Source: a virus (taxonomy: Duplodnaviria; Heunggongvirae; Uroviricota; Caudoviricetes). From it: 16,353 nt of DNA. The DNA is taken from IMG/VR virus record IMGVR_UViG_2698536369_000029, positions 1 through 16,353 of that record; one strand, 5' to 3'. Shown one piece after another: positions 14,727-16,353 of this stretch; positions within the stretch are counted from its first letter, which is position 1; the number at the start of each line of letters is the position of its first letter. Below the pieces are notes generated by a model, which was not told the origin of the DNA, did not search any database, and saw nothing but the letters and a program-made list of their open reading frames with translations. The position numbers and the translations under genes were made by a program.

Positions 14727-15884
14727 TTACATTCCTAATAATTTATCTTTGACATAAAATATTCTGTTTTTGAGTTGGCTGGTGTTGTTGGCACTATCAG
14801 CAGTAACTATGGTTTCAAATTCCTCCCCAAACAGCCAGTCTCCTACAGGAATAACCGGAGCCTGTAGATGTGGATTGGCTTTTAAGGCAAGAGCAGTTCC
14901 CACTGCTATGGCTTCGTATCTAGCACGGGGGGTGGTTTTGCTTGTTGGTGTCTTTTTAAACCCCATAGGGAAATGAGCATCTACAAAAGCAAGCATGCTT
15001 TCAAAATCATGTTTAAATTTGTCAACATCTTGTTGTGTGACCCTTTCGGCCTGAACATTAAGATAATTGTCAATAAAAGGAGCGACATAACCCTTATAAT
15101 TTTCTAAATCATTTAAGTATGCAAAAAATCTCAAAACTAACTCACGATGATCGCCATTCGAACGCTTCCGGTCTGATAATGGAGCTAGACTAGCGAAAAG
15201 TGGATTTGTTGAGCAAGGAGTCACAACATCCCTATAGAAAATTGAAGTGGCCGCATCTGAACCATGTCTAACCTCCATCGCTTCCAGTCTCTTAACACCT
15301 GAATTTATTCTTTCGAATAAATCTCTTCTATGTTGCTCCTCAACATCACCTTTCAATTCAATAAATCTTAGTGATGCCCTTAAAAATCGCCTCTGGCGGC
15401 TAGCCAAAAGATCTGAAAATTTGAAGCCCTCTAAACTTTTGAGTTCTTTTAAGTCTTTCAATTCAAACTGATTGTTCCAAAAGTAGTAAATTGAGCGAAT
15501 CCTTTGTGAACCGTCAATAATTTCTGCACGACCATCCAACTCAGGATCTTCATTAAATACGTCGGAGATGTAGAGGTACGGGATTGGAAAATCTAATAAT
15601 ATACTTTCGATGAATCGAGAGGCTGTTTTGATATCCCATTTGTAATCGCGTTGATAATCAGGAATAAAAAGTTCGTTTTTGTCAGTTTCAAGATTATTGC
15701 CATACTTTTGTACAATTAATTCAACGGTCCATTCACGTACGTTGTATCCAATATTTCTCTGAGCAAGCCTAATCTCGTTGTCGGCAGAAGTGACCAAGGC
15801 TGCAATTTCAGCTTTTTTTCTATTTTTCGCGTTTTCATCTTGAATCTGAGCAAGCTCTTCTTTGAGTTCTTTGAGTGTGGTCAT
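14727..15884 (-). CDS. DUF262 (ParB/Srx-like, GmrSD N-terminal type) domain protein
   Basis: 385 aa. Hallmark DUF262 motifs FIPDYQRDYKW and IIDGSQR (DGQQR-type). No recognisable HNH/DUF1524 nuclease domain in the C-terminal half. AAAGGAA Shine-Dalgarno 7-8 nt upstream. Confidence 0.8.
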   Translation of the reverse strand: MTTLKELKEELAQIQDENAKNRKKAEIAALVTSADNEIRLAQRNIGYNVREWTVELIVQKYGNNLETDKNELFIPDYQRDYKWDIKTASRFIESILLDFPIPYLYISDVFNEDPELDGRAEIIDGSQRIRSIYYFWNNQFELKDLKELKSLEGFKFSDLLASRQRRFLRASLRFIELKGDVEEQHRRDLFERINSGVKRLEAMEVRHGSDAATSIFYRDVVTPCSTNPLFASLAPLSDRKRSNGDHRELVLRFFAYLNDLENYKGYVAPFIDNYLNVQAERVTQQDVDKFKHDFESMLAFVDAHFPMGFKKTPTSKTTPRARYEAIAVGTALALKANPHLQAPVIPVGDWLFGEEFETIVTADSANNTSQLKNRIFYVKDKLLGM

Positions 15885-15906
15885 ATCACTGTTCCTTTAA
15901 TTGGAG

Positions 15907-15956
15907 TTGGAAATAGATTGTAAGAAAACTATAACGCGTACGCAAAAAATATTATA
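15907..15956. promoter_or_regulatory. Divergent promoter region (candidate plus-strand promoter; candidate minus-strand -10 for the DUF262 operon)
   Basis: Plus strand: TTGGAA (15907-15912), 17-bp spacer, TATAAC (15930-15935), followed by a second -10-like TATTAT at 15950-15955. Minus strand: perfect TATAAT (complement of 15951-15956) about 65 nt upstream of the DUF262 ATG, with a weak -35. Confidence 0.3.
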
Positions 15957-15994
15957 TCGTGTTAAGAGTGGTTACTACGCCACACAGCTTAAAC

Positions 15995-16014
15995 CCGCCG
16001 CCAGGCGGTTTTTT
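15995..16014 (+). terminator. Rho-independent terminator (plus strand)
   Basis: CCGCC-GCCA-GGCGG hairpin followed immediately by TTTTTT. On the minus strand it is preceded by the A-run and lacks a U-tract, so it is oriented for plus-strand transcripts. Confidence 0.5.
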
Positions 16015-16137
16015 GTGTCCGAAAAACGGCGCAGTACGTTAAACGTGCTGGTGGTTGCGAATACCGGTCTTTCAGCTTGCTGGCTTTTCAGACAAGAGTT
16101 ATTGGTGTGTCACGTTAACCAGAAAAGGGAAAAAGAC

Positions 16138-16242
16138 ATGCTAAAACAGCAGGATATGACCGAAACTGCCAGAGTGGTGTTTAATGAATTGAGCGTCACC
16201 GAACCGGCGACTGTCGGGGAAATTGCGCAGAATACTTACTGA
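16138..16242 (+). pseudogene. 5' fragment of a gene apparently truncated by the IS insertion
   Basis: ATG 16138 with AAGGGA Shine-Dalgarno 7 nt upstream; encodes MLKQQDMTETARVVFNELSVTEPATVGEIAQNTY and stops at a TGA formed by the first three bases of the IS terminal repeat (16240-16242). Confidence 0.35.
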
Positions 16243-16353
16243 ACCGCCCCGGGAATCCTGGAGACTAAACTCCCTGAGAAAGAGGTAAACAGAATGACTA
16301 AAAATACTCGTTTTTCCCCCGAAGTCCGTCAGAGGGCGATTCGTATGGTTCTG
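16240..16353 (+). mobile_element. Left end of an IS3-family insertion sequence (IS629/IS1203-like), continuing beyond the window
   Basis: Terminal sequence TGAACCGCCCCGGGAATCCTGGAGACTAAACTCCCTGAGAAAGAGGTAAACAGA followed by an orfA start. It begins with the TG typical of IS3-family ends and matches my recollection of the IS629 left end. Confidence 0.7.
16294..16353 (+). CDS. IS3-family transposase OrfA, N-terminal 20 codons (partial, runs off window)
   Basis: Translation MTKNTRFSPEVRQRAIRMVL matches the remembered N-terminus of IS629/IS1203 OrfA (MTKNTRFSPEVRQRAVRMVLE...). AGAGG Shine-Dalgarno upstream. Confidence 0.7.
   Translation, partial: MTKNTRFSPEVRQRAIRMVL

Noticed and set aside
15901-16242. 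113-aa plus-strand ORF spanning the promoter/terminator region
   Set aside because: Its 5' two-thirds contain a strong intrinsic terminator and promoter-like sequence and no RBS. Only the last 34 codons (from ATG 16138, with RBS) look like real coding sequence, truncated by the IS.
1-16353. Search for CRISPR arrays, tRNA and rRNA genes
   Set aside because: No regularly spaced direct repeats of 25-40 bp, no tRNA-like T-arm (GGTTCGAATCC-type) and no rRNA-like sequence were seen on reading. Absence is by eye only; tRNAscan-SE and a CRISPR finder would confirm.

Overview
This window reads as the early half of a lambdoid-type prophage of an enterobacterial host (E. coli/Shigella-like), in the classic order int - xis - leftward accessory operon - cI repressor - cro - Rha - replication module (O-like initiator, DnaC-like loader, DnaB-like helicase) - Q antiterminator. 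Downstream of Q sits a more AT-rich looking cargo island: a C5 cytosine DNA methyltransferase convergent with a tightly coupled two-gene operon encoding a DUF262 (ParB/GmrSD-N-like) protein and a HEPN-like protein. I consider this DUF262-HEPN pair, possibly working with the methyltransferase, the best candidate for a poorly described defence or abortive-infection system. The window ends with the left end of an IS3-family element (IS629-like) that appears to truncate a gene. No rRNA, tRNA or CRISPR array was recognised by eye. All calls come from reading the ORF translations and the DNA directly: no database search was run, family assignments rest on remembered motifs, and GC differences are visual impressions, not computed values.
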